The notes under the pieces are model-generated. The model made no database searches, was not told the DNA's origin, and saw only the letters and a program-made list of their open reading frames with translations. The position numbers and the translations under genes are program-made. From assembly GCA_964016885.1 (NCBI GenBank), contig OZ024742.1:154008001-154072000 (forward strand): 64,000 nucleotides of DNA. Reading direction: 5' to 3'. This DNA comes from Eledone cirrhosa. Its lineage: Eukaryota. Positions within the stretch are counted from its first letter, which is position 1; each line of letters starts with the position of its first letter. Shown piece after piece: positions 50,801 through 64,000 of this stretch.

Positions 50801-51610
50801 GAGTCAGGAAAGATTTAACTAAAGGAAGGTGAGCTAACGAGGTGAAAAGAGGGGATAGAAGAGTTAAAGTGGGTGAAAGAATGAAAAAGATGGATAGGCG
50901 GAGAGTAATGAAGGGAAAAGAGGGAAAAGAACGCCTAAATGCTCACAGATTACAATGAGAGCATGTAGAGCAAAGTGGAGCTTTGCTGCCTTTATTGACC
51001 TTCGTCTTCTCCTTGTTTACACTGTTCTGCTTCTATTTGATCTAATTACTTTCATATATCTATATATACTTGTTTCCATCGTTGCACTCCTTGCTCGCTT
51101 GGCCCTCTTTGTTACCTTTGAACTCCTGCTCTCTTTCCTTTCCTTGATCTTCTTGCTCACCTTTCTCTCGTAGCTCAAGGAGAGTAAGAGAGAAAGGAAG
51201 GCAAATGATGTAATTCGAGCAGGGAAAACAAGGAAAATAAGGATACCAAATCTCTTTCCTCGATCTCTTGGCTCTCCTTGATTACTCATCAGGAATTTAG
51301 ACCTTCTTCCACTTTATTCCTACTCTTTACATCTAACTCCCTCTCGTTCATTTTCTTCCCCCGCGTTTCCCTTCTACGCTTTGTCTTCTCCTTGAGGTCC
51401 AGACACACTCACACACCTTTTTTGTTCTACTGTCCTGCTCCACTTGCGCTTCACGTGCTCTTAAGCCCACCTTCCATCTTTCTTCTTCTTCTTTCCCTTC
51501 CTCTCCTTCTTCATATTTGTGCCTTTCTTCTCCTTCCGCCACTACTTTTTCTGCGTTCCTTTCCTTCCTTTCCTCCGCATACCTATTCTCTGCCCTTTCT
51601 CCCTCTTATA
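47810..51610. repeat. ~3.8 kb pyrimidine/purine-skewed low-complexity tract built on a degenerate 9-mer (CTTGCTCTC)
   Basis: Recurrent TTGCTCTCC; polarity flips to purine-rich at ~48765-48890, 50575-50980 and 51172-51245. Confidence 0.85.
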
Positions 51611-52786
51611 TATAGGCTTTTAACTTAGGTTTAGGGTTTTAACGCATTGGACATGCATATAGGCATAAGGCCAAGCTATTTGATGACGAATTTAGTTGAA
51701 TGAAACCTTCTTGATGAATGATACTTATTTAATCGACGCCGGGGATGCTGAAGGGTAAGATTGTACCGGTGTTATTTTGAACGTAAAATATGTAAATGTA
51801 ATACTGTAATACGTAATATCATATGTTCTATAAAATCTATCTATACAATGCTCTTATATTATAAGTTACGAAAGTGAATGTAAAGATGGACTTATGCTTC
51901 CTGTTGTAAGCACCAATTTGGTAGCTTGCAAATTTCTTCAAATTGAAGATCACTTGATATTTGTGGAGAATTAATCTAAAGCAAGACAGCGACATATAAC
52001 GCTGGGCTGAATATATGTTGAGAGCCGTGAAATTAGAATATGCTAACCTTGTAGATCTATTACAGTTGTTTAACCCTCACGTTATGCAGAAAAGTGGTAT
52101 TATGTGATGGATTTTGACTGTGTTTTTCTTATATATAAACTGATATTATTTTATCTTGGAAACACAATTTGAAACATCAAATCAAATATGTATTCAGCAA
52201 ACTGCCAAGGCAGTTTTCTGATTATGGACGTATATCAGTGCGGGTCTGTTCCGTAACATGTCTTTTTATATAACTATATGGGAAGGAATATCCACATTGG
52301 CATACGAATGATACAAACTGACACCGGCGTAAGATGTATTTCATATTTAGGGTGTTGTGTCAGGAGTCACTTATAAATGACCGGCAACAATACTTTGGTG
52401 ATGTACAAAGATACAAAATCACAATGACATTTTATTTCCCGCTTCATTTACTTTAATAATAAAGTACGAGATTTTTATTTGCCGTCATTGTCAGCATGAT
52501 CACAGTGTGGGTATGGGCATGTACGTGTATATTGTGCGTGTGTGTAATACACTCACACACACACACGTGCACACACACGCACAAACACACACACACACGC
52601 ACATACACACACATATACACACACACACATATACACACACAGACAAGCACACATACACACATACATACACATATATATAAGGATGTATAGCAATAACCAT
52701 AGTTATGAAAAGACGGAACAAAAGCGCTACCCAAGATTCCTAAGTCGAAATTTGATCATAAGTCCAGAAAAGGAGATGTATTAAAA

Positions 52787-53193
52787 TAATTGTTTCTAAG
52801 GCCAGCAATTAGCCAGTACATTACTGGTACTTTATTTTATCGAACCCGTAAGGATGAAAAGCAAAGTTGACCTTGGCGGGATTTGAACTCAGACCGTAAA
52901 AGGACGTAAAATAATTGTTTCTACTTTTTGGCACAAACACAGCAATTACCCAGAGCAGTATTGATACTTTATTTTATCGACCCCTGTAAGGATGAAAGGC
53001 TAAATAATTGTTTCTACTTTAGGCACAAGGCCAGCAATTACCCAGTGCATTACTGGTACTTTATTTTATCGACCCCGTAAGGATGAAAGGCAAAGTCAAC
53101 CTCGGCGGGATTTGAACTCAGATCGTAAAGGGACGTAACTACGCTGGAAAGCATGGCGTCCGACCCTCTACCGATACTGCCAATCCACCACCA
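52787..53193 (-). mobile_element. Three tandem/nested SINE copies; the last is full length with a 17-bp TSD
   Basis: ATGAAAGGCTAAATAAT at 52992-53008 and 53194-53210. Confidence 0.9.
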
Positions 53194-53759
53194 ATGAAAG
53201 GCTAAATAATGACCTTCCTTCAGGCGCTAATACGCTCGGAGAGATAGTGGCTCTACCTGGATTGACTCTCTGATCTCCGAGCTAGACATTCTGTCGAGTA
53301 ATGTCACTGTAAAGGCCCTTAGGAGGAACCGCATTTCAGATGCTTTTATTCGCGATCCTATACTTTCCTTCATTTAACAAGATTCATGCCAAAAGGTAAG
53401 GGTTGGTACGAATACCGAATTGAAGATAGCAATTTGGCTATTACACCTACCTGTGAATTATTTCAGTAAATATGCATCGCAGCAACTAAAAAAAATTACT
53501 TATAATTTCAGTTAAAAATACATTTAAAAACATACATATAAAATAGTAAAATAATTGATGGGGTAGTCTTTATAGAAATAGTGAGTGATCCGGAAGAATG
53601 AAATATCGTGACTTCTACCTCGAAATGATTATGTTATTTTCTGGAGATAATTAAAAATATGTTCATGTTATTACTGCCACATACGCTATTATGTGAAAAA
53701 TGCGATCAGATTGGATACATAATAATAATAATACTACTAATGATAATAATAACAATAAT

Positions 53760-56700
53760 GTTTTCTTTATTAACCACAAGGGTTTACATAAAGTAGACAT
53801 TAAGGACAGTACATGACAATACAGGACGGTACAAATGGGCATTTCTGCGTGTAAAAAAAACAGAGGATGTAATAAAATAACAAAGAAAAATTCCCCAATA
53901 GGGGGGAGACTTCCGAGGGATATTTGTGGAGAAAGCCCATTAAAAGACCACAGTGTCCCTGACCACCAGGGCAAGTGCGCTCTCCCAGTTTTCCACCTTT
54001 AATTTACAGACACATACTCAGAGAAGGCCCATTCATTCGGGCCATACTTGCTTCTCTCACCCATCTTTCAACAAAATGCTGGGAAGAGAGCACTTCCCTC
54101 TCTACCCTGATTTTCCTTTTCAAATGAAATTTGAAAAAGTTAATCAGGGCATCACCGAAGAGGTAAGTGCTCGTCTTCAGCTCTTTCAAACGTATCCACC
54201 ATACTATCTCTTTCGCCATGGCCACCAGACAGATAAAAACTGCCTGCCCTTCCCGGCTAAATGAAGAGGGCGGGGCAATCCTCACGATGGACTTAGCTGA
54301 TAGTTGGATCCGTCCTAAACGTGACAGCAGGTGTTCGACATAAACGCACAAGACAGCAATGCTCGGACACTGGACGAGTGCGTGCAGGACGGTTACGTCG
54401 CCCTGTGCGCATCTCGGACATGCCCGGCTGACGGCACCTCCATGCCTGTAGAGTTTATCCCGAACTGGCAAAGCTCCTTTGTAGCACTGCCAGTCCAGGG
54501 ATTTATGGATGTTGTCCATAGGCCCCGGCCCGAAAGTCCTTCCGAAGAGATTGGCTAGTTGATTTTAGTCGACGCCTAGAGTTTCTCCAAGTACGTCGTC
54601 GCTCTTCCTCTGCACTAATCCTCTATAGAACGCCAAGGTGGAGTTTCCACCGATCACATTGCCCGATTGGTCGAGGGCTGTGAGCGCCTGAAGACATTCC
54701 ACTCTCCAAGCGCTCCCTCTCGGTCTTCGCTTGACCCAGGACTGCAGCTCCGTAAAGGAGACGAGCTGGGGAAAGACGTGTCTAGAAAACAGCGACCACA
54801 CCTGATCACCGCCGAGGAAGAGGTGGAGATGTCGTAGCCTGAGCGCGTGTCTGCGCATCATCAGCCACGGCATACCCAGCCCTCCACGTATCGGGTGTTG
54901 ACAGCAGATGGACCGCCTGACCGTCGGAGCGCGTCCCTTCCACAAAAAGCGAAAGAGCAAACGCTCCAGCGCAGTCAGGCGAGGCTTAGGACAAGATACG
55001 ACGGTCAGGCGGTAGTAGATGACGGACGCGATGTACGCGTTAGCCACCTCTGCTCGACCTTTCAGGGATAGCTTCCTCTCGGCCCATTTCTGGGTGAGAG
55101 AAGCCACCCTGCTCGTCACCTCGTCCCAGTTTTTGTCCGTCTGGAGGTCAGGACCGAACCAGAACCCTAACAATTTAACCGGTCCGTCCGTACCGCGCCC
55201 GACGACGCTGTTGGACGGCATGGACCTGCCTCTCCAGGTGCCGAGCTGCAGGCCCACTGACTATTCCTGTTGATCATTGCTCCTGTCACCGCTTCGTATT
55301 CTCTTAGTGTAGTGCCGATCGCCTCGATGTGTTTGGCGTTCGACACTACTACGGTGACATCGTCCGCATATGCTGACACGGATCTTCCGCATCCTCGTTC
55401 GCGCGGGTCCCCCCCTCAACGTCTCCAGTTTGTGCAGTAATGGCTCGAGAGTCAATACGTACAAGAGGGAAGAGAGGGGACATCCTTGGCGGACCGAACG
55501 CATGATGTTGAACTGTTCCGAAAGGTGACCGTTCACTCTCACCACAGAGCAGTTGTCGCTGTGCATGGCTTTGATCCAGCCTCTGAAGACGGGCCCAAAG
55601 CCAGCCGCCCTCAGGACTGCAGCTAGGTAACGATGCTCGACCCTATCGAAGGCTTTCGACTGATCTTAATTGATCAAAGACCCACCCGTGCCAGGTTCCC
55701 TAGCTACCCTTTCTACGATGTATCGCATGAGGTGGAAGTTGTCGTGGATGTATCTGTCGGAAATGGCGCATGTCTGCGCCTCTCCCACCAGACCACCAAC
55801 GACAAGCGCCAACCTTTTTTCTAGCACCTTGGCCAAAATATTGAACTCTGTGTTTAGCAGAGTTATGGGCCTAAAATTATCTGTTATCCCCCTGGTTCGG
55901 ATCCTTTCTCAGCAGCGTCACCGCTCCCCGGCTCACAGAGCTGGGAATTCTCCCGTTATGTTGCCAGTTGCAATAGACGTCCGCCAATAGGCCTCCGAAC
56001 AAGTCTGGCATTTGTACGTAAAGTTCATAGGGCAGACCATCCAAACCAGGCGATTTACCCCTTGTGCAGCCAGTCATTGCCTCCCGTACTTCAGCGGCTG
56101 TTATCGGCTTTTCGCAACACTCCGCCTCAGTGGCCGAGAGCCGCGGCAGTCCGTCGAGGTAGACACTAAAGTCCATCCCTCGATCCGGCCCGCCACTGCC
56201 CCCGAACAGTTGAGCGAAGTGTCGCTGAAAATCTTCACACATTTGCCTGGGATCGAGTAGCATGCGCCCGTCGTGGTCCACCAAAGACCGTATCGTGGGT
56301 TTGTTGCAACGACGCGCCTCCGCCACTCGGGCCCATTGAACGGCTTTCGTCTGAGAGCACGCACCCTAGCTCTGACAACGCAACCTTCGTGCTTTGCATT
56401 GAAGAATTGGTCAAGGGCCAATTTCGCCGGAAGTACGTCAGTCGCGATGCCTTTGAAAAGCGCCTCGTCTAATTTTCTAACTAATTCTCCCTCTGCTCTG
56501 TTTTTCTCTATTGCTAAAACCTTACTAAAACTAATGGACTCTATTCTAATTGCTCTTTTCAGAGCAAACCACCACTTGTTGTTGATGATGGCCCCCGTCA
56601 ACGCCCGCCTAACTAGTTCGCTAATCCGGTCTCTGCAGGTCTTGCGCGCTGGTAAGGACGCGTTTAGCTTCCAGTAGCCGGCTCATCGTCTATGAAGCCT

Positions 56701-59641
56701 ATCTAAGTCAAGCACACAGATCACGAATTTGTGGTCCGTGTAGCTGACTATCTTGAATTGTGGACAGCCTATGCTAGACCTATCTATTTCCCTACAAAAT
56801 ACTCTATCTAGATATGATCTGGATGACCTTATGCGATTTGTCCAAGTCCACATTGGTACATTCAGGAAAACTAATCGGTACCTGTCAGACAGTTCAAAAC
56901 GCCCTGAGCAGGTTGGTGAGACTATTGCACCCTCCTCCCCTATCCACTAATCCCAAACAATTCCAGCGTGCATCTAAGATCCCGTTCCAGTCGCCCACTA
57001 ACACTAAAGAGCGGGAGGTTCCAAGAAAGGTCTCCAGACGCCGGAAGAAATCAGGCCGCCCTGCTCCTGTCTGGGCATAGACGGCCACTAACCTGAAAGC
57101 TTGCCCGTATCCGCTGGTCACGTCCAGCACCACCAACTTACCTTCTGGATCCAGAAAGATGGCCCGTATGGCAAGATCCAAACCTCTCCGAAAAAGCACA
57201 GCAACTCCTCCCCCCGATCCCGGACGGCTGGGAGATGCGTACACATCGTAGCCGCCGAAGATCGGCGCGAAGGCCCGTGCTTCGGAGATTCTGGTCTCGC
57301 TGATGGCCACTACATCTATGTTTAGTGACCTGACGTCGTTGAGCAGGTGCCCCTGCTTCCATGACGACCCCAAGCCACGCGCATTTATGCTGCCTATTCT
57401 GAGTGAGGTCATGTTGAAAAGGAGTGAGAAAAGATGGGAAAGACCACTTACATTACTTCTTGTAGAGGAAGGACCGTTTTTCCATCCTTTTCACTGCTTG
57501 TGGCCTCCTCAGGAAGGATGTCCTTATAAATCCTCCTGGAGAGTGCTTGTCTGAAGTCTCCGATGTCTTTGGGGAATTTTTGTTTTAGTGTCATGTACGT
57601 TTTCTGTGTGATGCGAGTGATTTGTATGTGTGGAGGTGGTGTGAACTTTTGGGTTGTTGTGTAGTGTTTTTCTGTGATGCTGGTGTTGTGTTGGATGTAG
57701 TGTAATAATTGGTTGTTGTTCAAATTTAATGCTGTGTAGTGTGTATCGTTTTGGTTGTTTTTGTTTGCGTTTGTTGTGGGTTTGTTTCTGTTTCGCATTT
57801 TGGTGACTTTTGTGGTGTAGGTGATGGTGGTGTTGGGGTTAATGATGGTGATGGTGTTGGTGTTTGGGGTGATGGGGTTGGTGATGCTCTTGTGGATGGT
57901 GGCATATCTGTCCTAATTTTTTTGTTTGTTAATTTATTTGTTTCCCTCTGTATTTTGTTTTTGGAGGGGGAAGGAAGAGAATGTTTTCCTTTTTGGTTTC
58001 TTTTTTTTTTCCTGATACCGTTTCCCACTCCTCGTCGTCACAATCTGTCTCCAGTTGTGATAGGCTGGTGAGTGGAAAATCCTCCACAGGCCTTAGTTTT
58101 GGTTGTGGCGTGGTGGATGGTGTAGGCGCTGGTGATAGTTCTGAAGGGTAGGGTGGTGGTCGTGTTGGTTTTGCTGGTGGTGGTGGTTTTGGTTTTGCTA
58201 CTGTTGCTGGGGTTGTTGTTGTTATAGTTGCTGCTGTTGTTGCTGCTACAGTTGTTGCTGCCATCTCTGCTACTGGTGGTGTTGATGGTTGAGTCACTGG
58301 GGTGGGTAGGAGAGGTGGCCTCAACATTTTAGCCTGAGGGCAGAAAGCCCTTAGGTGGGTTCCTTCACAACAAACGACACACCTAGGCCTTCTGCCCTCG
58401 ACAATTACGGTGAGGTGGCTGCCGTCTGTGAGGTCTATTACCTCTGGGATCTCCTCAATGCTTTTTTGGTCCGCTTAGATCAGGAGCTCCATCCCAGATC
58501 CGGACCAGTTCTCCTGCTTTCCTTTTGCTATTGCTATTATCTTTGTGTTGGCTTCGATGCCGGCCAGGACGGCCGCTATTAGCCAGGGAATTTAGATGGC
58601 CGGTGGAATGTTGGTCACCCCGATCTTTACGAGTCTCTGACCACAATAGCTTGGGACGAGTGTGAAGTCGTCACTTCTTAATGGGGCCATGGAGTGTTCT
58701 CTAGCCTCCTCTGGTGTTTTAAAGAACACGTCCACGGTTCCATACTTCTGCCCACGTCTGATGTGGGTTTTTCTTGCCCACACATGTCCCAAAGCTTATT
58801 GGTTTTGGGACTCGGATGCCCGTTCCACTCGGCGCGATTTTACATTAATTGTTCGATACGACACGGTGCATAGGCGCCGATGCTCCATTTTATTAGGTGG
58901 GGGGGGGGCTGACCCTGTACCCATCTTTCTTTACCATTTTTGGGGCATTTTCTAATTCCTCCTGAGTTACCGTAAATGCTTCGCACTGTTTTGCTACTCT
59001 GGCAAAACTCAGGGAGGTTTTTTTAATGTCATTGTTGTTGTTGTTGCTATTGTTATTTGTGTTAATATTAATTTTAGTTTCAGTTGTGGTGGTGGTGACG
59101 TCAGTCGTCTTTGGTGGGGAAGAGTCCATTTTGCTTGATTTCATTTCGACATCACGAGTTAATTTATTTTTTTCTTCTTTTGTTTCTGTTGTCGCGGTGG
59201 TGGTGGGGTGGGGGTTGTCGCGGTGGTGGTGGTGGTGGTGGAGGCTTTAACACCTGCAGTCATTGGTAATGGCGGGAAATGAATGTCTGCCTGAGACAAA
59301 TTTAAAATATTGCTACTGCTTAGCTTTTTTTTTGTGTTGGCAAACGTAGTAACATTTACAATGGTGGTGTCGGTGTGAGGTGTTAATTTGTGAGGAAGGC
59401 TTTCAGCTGCTTGGTGCAGAGGTGAATTAGCCATTTTTTTCAAAGAAATTTTTAATAATAATAAAAGTTTAAATTTTGGGCACAAGGCCCCAATCTTTTT
59501 GGGTGTCCTTTTCGGAAAACAATGTATGTGCCCTTATATATGGTTAACAATAAACATTTTCAATGAATGGAAATTTTTAACAAACGGAAATAACAAACCT
59601 TTGCGGAGCTCACGATGATACGATTTACTACGTAGGTCGCC
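53760..59641 (-). mobile_element. Full-length L1/Tx1-clade LINE, copy B (decayed)
   Basis: ORF1 (ATG ~59434, CCHC), ORF2 from ATG 57412 (MTSLRIGSINARG) to 54004, with APE, RT and CPRC..HALVQC; (AAT)n flanks. Confidence 0.93.
54004..57412 (-). pseudogene. Tx1 ORF2 APE-RT-zinc finger, frameshifted
   Basis: GSINARG, SET, GDWN, QGCPLS, YADD, CPRC..H..C. Confidence 0.9.
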
Positions 59642-59671
<30 letters not shown>

Positions 59672-59672
<1 letters not shown>

Positions 59673-62600
59673 GTCGGAGGAAGAAGAAGAAGGAAAGGGA
59701 CCAGAACCAACTGGACGAAAGAATTGAATAGAACTCTTATGCAATGTTACCTGAAAAGTAACCCCAAGGAGAGGGGCTATAGGAGACGGATGCATAACAT
59801 CTGGAACGAGATTGGTCTATTTAAATTAGATGAACAAAAATTGGCCGGGCAGGCTCGGGTAATAAGAACTAATGGGTGGATAAGCGAGCTGAAACTGGAG
59901 GAACTGAGCAGAGAGATTAGCTTGGAGATGGAGGGTGGAGTATGCCAGGCAAACGAGCCAGTGGGAAATGAAGGTGAAGAGGTCGAGAGAACGGAGGAAC
60001 CACCCGAAGCAGACGATGATCTGAATACTGAGATAAATAATACCTGGAACAGAGATACGGCCACTGAGGAGATGAATGATGACGGGCTAGGACAAGATTC
60101 GTTTGACATCCTAAATTTAGTGGTAGATGAATTGAACAATGATAGTGGGAGACCTATGAACCTAAGATTTGTAGACAGGAAAAAGTTAAAAGAATCAACA
60201 GCTAAGGTAAACAAAGTCATCCCATACCTTGAGGCGAGGAGCCTTCACCAGTGCAACAATATCCTCAAAGCAACAGCAAATACGGTTAGGAAACTACTTG
60301 GTATAAAAGCGAGAGGAAACAACAGACAAGAAAGAGAAGTGCCTTGGTGGATGAAACAACTGAGTGGTCAAATCAGGGAAATGAGAAATGACATTGGAAA
60401 GCTTGAGTCACTACTGAATGGGACACTCAAAAACATAGGCACTAAAAATAGACTGGAAATAAAGTACAAAACTAGGAGGAAAAAGCTAAATATTATCATA
60501 GAGGAACTGAAGCAACGCATTGTAGCAAAGAGTGCAAAAATCAGGCGATACGAGAACAGAGTCAGTCAGTATAAACAGAACCGCATGTTCGACAACAACC
60601 AGAAGATGCTGTTTGGACAGCTTGAGGGGAAAGAAAGAGGCAACGACTTGATCCCTGAGGCGGAACAAACTAAAACATTCTGGAGAGGAATATGGGAGCA
60701 GGATGTTAGACATAATGACCAGGCAGGGTGGATTGACACAGTACAGAGGGAGATCGGTGAGCAGGCACACCAACAAACTGATTTGAGTATCACAGTGGAA
60801 ACTCTTAAGGGGCAGGCCAAATAACTAACCAACTGGGAATCACCAGGCCCAGATGGTGTGCATGGGTATTGGATTAAAAATATAACATCCCTCCACCCGA
60901 AACTGACAACCATATTCAATGACTGCTTGATGTCAGGTGAGGTACCAGAGTGGTTGACAAAAGGTACCACAGTTCTGATAATGAAAGACCGAATCAAGGG
61001 TAATGATGTTACCAACTATAGACCTATCACATGCCTGTCCGTAATGTGGAAACTGTTGACGAGCATTGTGTCTGAGGAAATCTACCATCACCTCCACACA
61101 AAAAACTTGTTACCGGACGAACAGAAAGGATGCCGAAAGAAGTCACGTGGTACAAAGGACCAGTTACTTATTGATAAGATGATAATGGGGAATTGCAGGA
61201 GGAGACACACTGATCTTGCCATGGGATGGATAGACTACAGAAAGGCATTTGACATGGTGCCTCATTCTTGGATCACCAAAAGCCTGGAGATCTTCAAGGT
61301 GGCAGACAACATCAGACAGTTGCTAGGCAAGAGTATGAGGTCCTGGGAAACAGAGTTGACATCAACTGGAGAATCCTTGGGAAGCGTGAAGATCAAGAGA
61401 GGTATCTTCCAGGGAGATAGCCTGTCCCCTCTGTTGTTTGTCCTTGCCCTGATGCCCCTGACCAGTGTACTGCGAAAAGTGAGAGCAGGATACGGGTTGG
61501 GAAAGGGAGGGCTTACCATCAATCACCTCCTCTTCATGGACGATCTTAAGCTCTTCGGGAAGAGTGAGAAGGAGTTGGATGCTCTTGTTGACACTGTCCG
61601 TATTTTCAGCAGTGATATATGTATGCAGTTTGGTATTAGTAAGTGTGGAGTCATTGTGATGAGGAGGGGTAGGTTGAGCAGAAGTAACGGAATCCAGATA
61701 CCAACAGGTGAGATGATAAAGGAAATTGACTCTGAGGAAGGATACAAGTATTTGGGCGTTCTGGAGGCTGATGGCATAAAGAACAAAAAAATGAAGGAAT
61801 TGTTAAGAACTGAATACATTCGGAGAATAAGGAGCGTATTGAAGTCACATCTGAACAGCAGAAATGCCATAAGCGCAGTAAATTCCCGAGCTGTATCTAT
61901 TATTATGTATTGTTCGGGAATTCTGAGATGGAATGTTGCTGAACAAAAAGAAATGGATAGGAAGACTAGGAAGCTATTGACTATCTACAACATGTTCCAC
62001 AAGAGGTGTGATGTCGATAGACTCTACCTAAGGAGATCTGAGGGTGGAAGAGGTCTTATCAGCATAGAGGACTGTGTTCAGATGAAGAAAAACAACCTAC
62101 ACAAATACGTGACTGATAGTAAGGAGTAAGGAGCCAATGCTCAGAACTGTACTGAAGGAGAGGACAATAGGCCAGGGGATGTCGAAGGAGGAAATAACAT
62201 CAAAGAGAAAGAGCAGCCTTCAGGAAAAATCCCTTCATAGTACCTTCTTTGAGAAAACTGAATTTAGAGATCCACAGACATGGAACTGGTTGAGAAGAGC
62301 AAACCTTAAAAAGCTACAGAAGGAATGTTAATGGCTGCGCAGGAGCAGGCCCTCAAAACGAAGTGGTTGAAACACCATATTTACAAGGAGGAGGCTAGCC
62401 CACTGTGCAGGATCTGTGGAGAGAGAGAGGAGACTGTGGCTCACATTGTATCCGAGTGTAAACACCTAGCCCAGACCCACTATAAGGGCTGGATACATGA
62501 TGTGATGGGCAGGGTGATCCACTGGCACCTGTGCAAAGTAAACAATTTACCACATTCTGAGAAATGGTATGAGCATAAGCCAGAGGCGGTGATGGAGAAC

Positions 62601-63052
62601 GATCAGGTGAAGGTGCTGTGGAATTTTAGGATACAGACGGACAAGAAACTGGAACACAATAGACCTGACCTGGTGGTTTTGGACAAAGAAAAAAGATCGT
62701 GTCTGATTGTGGATGTGGCCTGCCCATTCGACACGAGAGTGCAAGAGAAGGAGAGGGAGAAAATTAACCGATACCAGGACTGAAAGTGGGAGGTAAAAAG
62801 GATTTGGAACTGCCATGAAATCCAAGTGATCCCGATTGTCATAGGCGCACTGGGGACTATCTCCAAAAGTTTCGAGGGATGGTTAAAGAAAGTCGGCCCC
62901 TTAACGCTTTTTGGAACGCTTCAAAAGGCATGCTTGCTGGGAACAGCAAGATCCCTCCGATACGTCCTGAATATCTGAGGCTGCAGGTAGTGGCTTGATA
63001 TTCATTCCAACGGACTTTCCAGTTAACTAACATCAATTACTGAGATTCAGGG
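59672..63052 (+). mobile_element. R4/Dong-type RLE LINE family 2, nearly complete ORF with few lesions, lacking a 5'UTR
   Basis: NWTKELN..MQCY..GYRRRM (Myb-like), YRPITCL, DYRKAFD, GIFQGDSLSP, FMDDLKL, CCHC, RPDLVV..DVACP; (AAT)n on both sides. Confidence 0.93.
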
Positions 63053-63073
63053 AATAATAATAATAAATATAAT

Positions 63074-64000
63074 GTTTTCTTTATTAACCACAAGGGTTTA
63101 CATAAAGTAGACATTAAGGACAGTACCGGACAATTTAGGGCGGTACAAAGGGGCATTTCTGCGTGTAAAAAAACAAGAAACAGAGGATGTAATAATAGAA
63201 AAAAGAAAAAAATTCCACAATAGGGGGGAGACTTCCGAGGGACATTGGTGGAGAAAGCCCATTAAAAAGCCACAGTGATCCTGACCACCAGGGCAAGTGC
63301 CCTCTCCCAGTTTCCATCTTTAATTTACAGGCACATACTCAGAGTAGCCCCATTCACTCGCGCCATTCTTGCCTCTCTCACCCATCTTTCAACAAAATGC
63401 TGGGAAGAGAGCACTTCCCTTTCTACCCTGATGTTCCTTTTCAAATGAAATTTGAAAAAGTTAATCAGGACATCGCCGAAGAGGTAAATACTCGTCTTCA
63501 GCCCTTTCAAACGTGTCCACCATACTATCTCTTTCACCATGGCCACCCGACGTATAAAAAACTGCCTGCCATTCCCGGCTAAAGGAAGAGGGCGGGGCAA
63601 TCCTAGACACAGCTGCTAGCTGGATCCGTCCCACACGCGACAGCAGGTGTTCGACATAAACCCACAAGTCAGCAATGCTCGGACACTGCACGAGTGCGTG
63701 CAGGATGGTTTCGTCGCCCTGCGCGTATCTCGGACATGCCTGTCTGACGGCACCTCCATGCCTGTAGAGTTTATCCCGAACTTGCAAAGCTCCTCGGTAG
63801 CACTGCCAGGCCAGGGATTTCTGGAAGTTGTCCATAGGCCCGGCCCGAAAGTTCTTCCGAAGAGATTGGCTAGTTGATTTTCGTCGACGCCTAGATTTTC
63901 CCCAAGTACGTGGTCGATCTTCCTCTCCACTAATCCTCTATAGAACGCCAAGGTGGAGTTTCCACCGATCACATTGCCCGATTGGTCGAGGGCTGTGAGT
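63074..64000 (-). mobile_element. Tx1 LINE copy C, 3' end (cut by the window edge)
   Basis: Matches the 3'UTR and ORF2 C-terminus of copies A and B. Confidence 0.92.

Noticed and set aside
51620-51640. TTAGG/TTAGGG telomere-like sequence
   Set aside because: Only two imperfect units
59724-62783. Active, intact retrotransposon ORF
   Set aside because: Interrupted near 60822, 62127, 62310 and 62781 by stops/frameshifts (assembly errors cannot be excluded)

Overview
Eukaryotic, AT-rich, repeat-saturated DNA. It is most likely from a cephalopod/octopus-type genome (inferred from the tRNA-head/Nin-domain SINEs and dense (TA)n/(AAT)n/(CA)n microsatellites). No intact host gene is recognisable. 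The window is dominated by decayed retroelements: four L1/Tx1-clade LINE copies (APE+RT, all on -), several R4/Dong-type RLE LINEs from at least four families, about a dozen SINE copies, and Penelope-like element (PLE) remnants with minimal hammerhead ribozyme motifs. The main observations are: (i) large pile-ups of three element classes in (AAT)n tracts with consistent strand polarity; (ii) a 3' end shared between the SINE and the Tx1 LINE; (iii) an RLE LINE family whose two copies carry a ~1 kb 5' module resembling the Tx1 5'UTR/ORF1 start, followed by a structured RNA with a covarying pairing; (iv) hammerhead-bearing inverted/direct repeat units and several long palindromes. All alignments were made by eye, so family names and boundaries are approximate.
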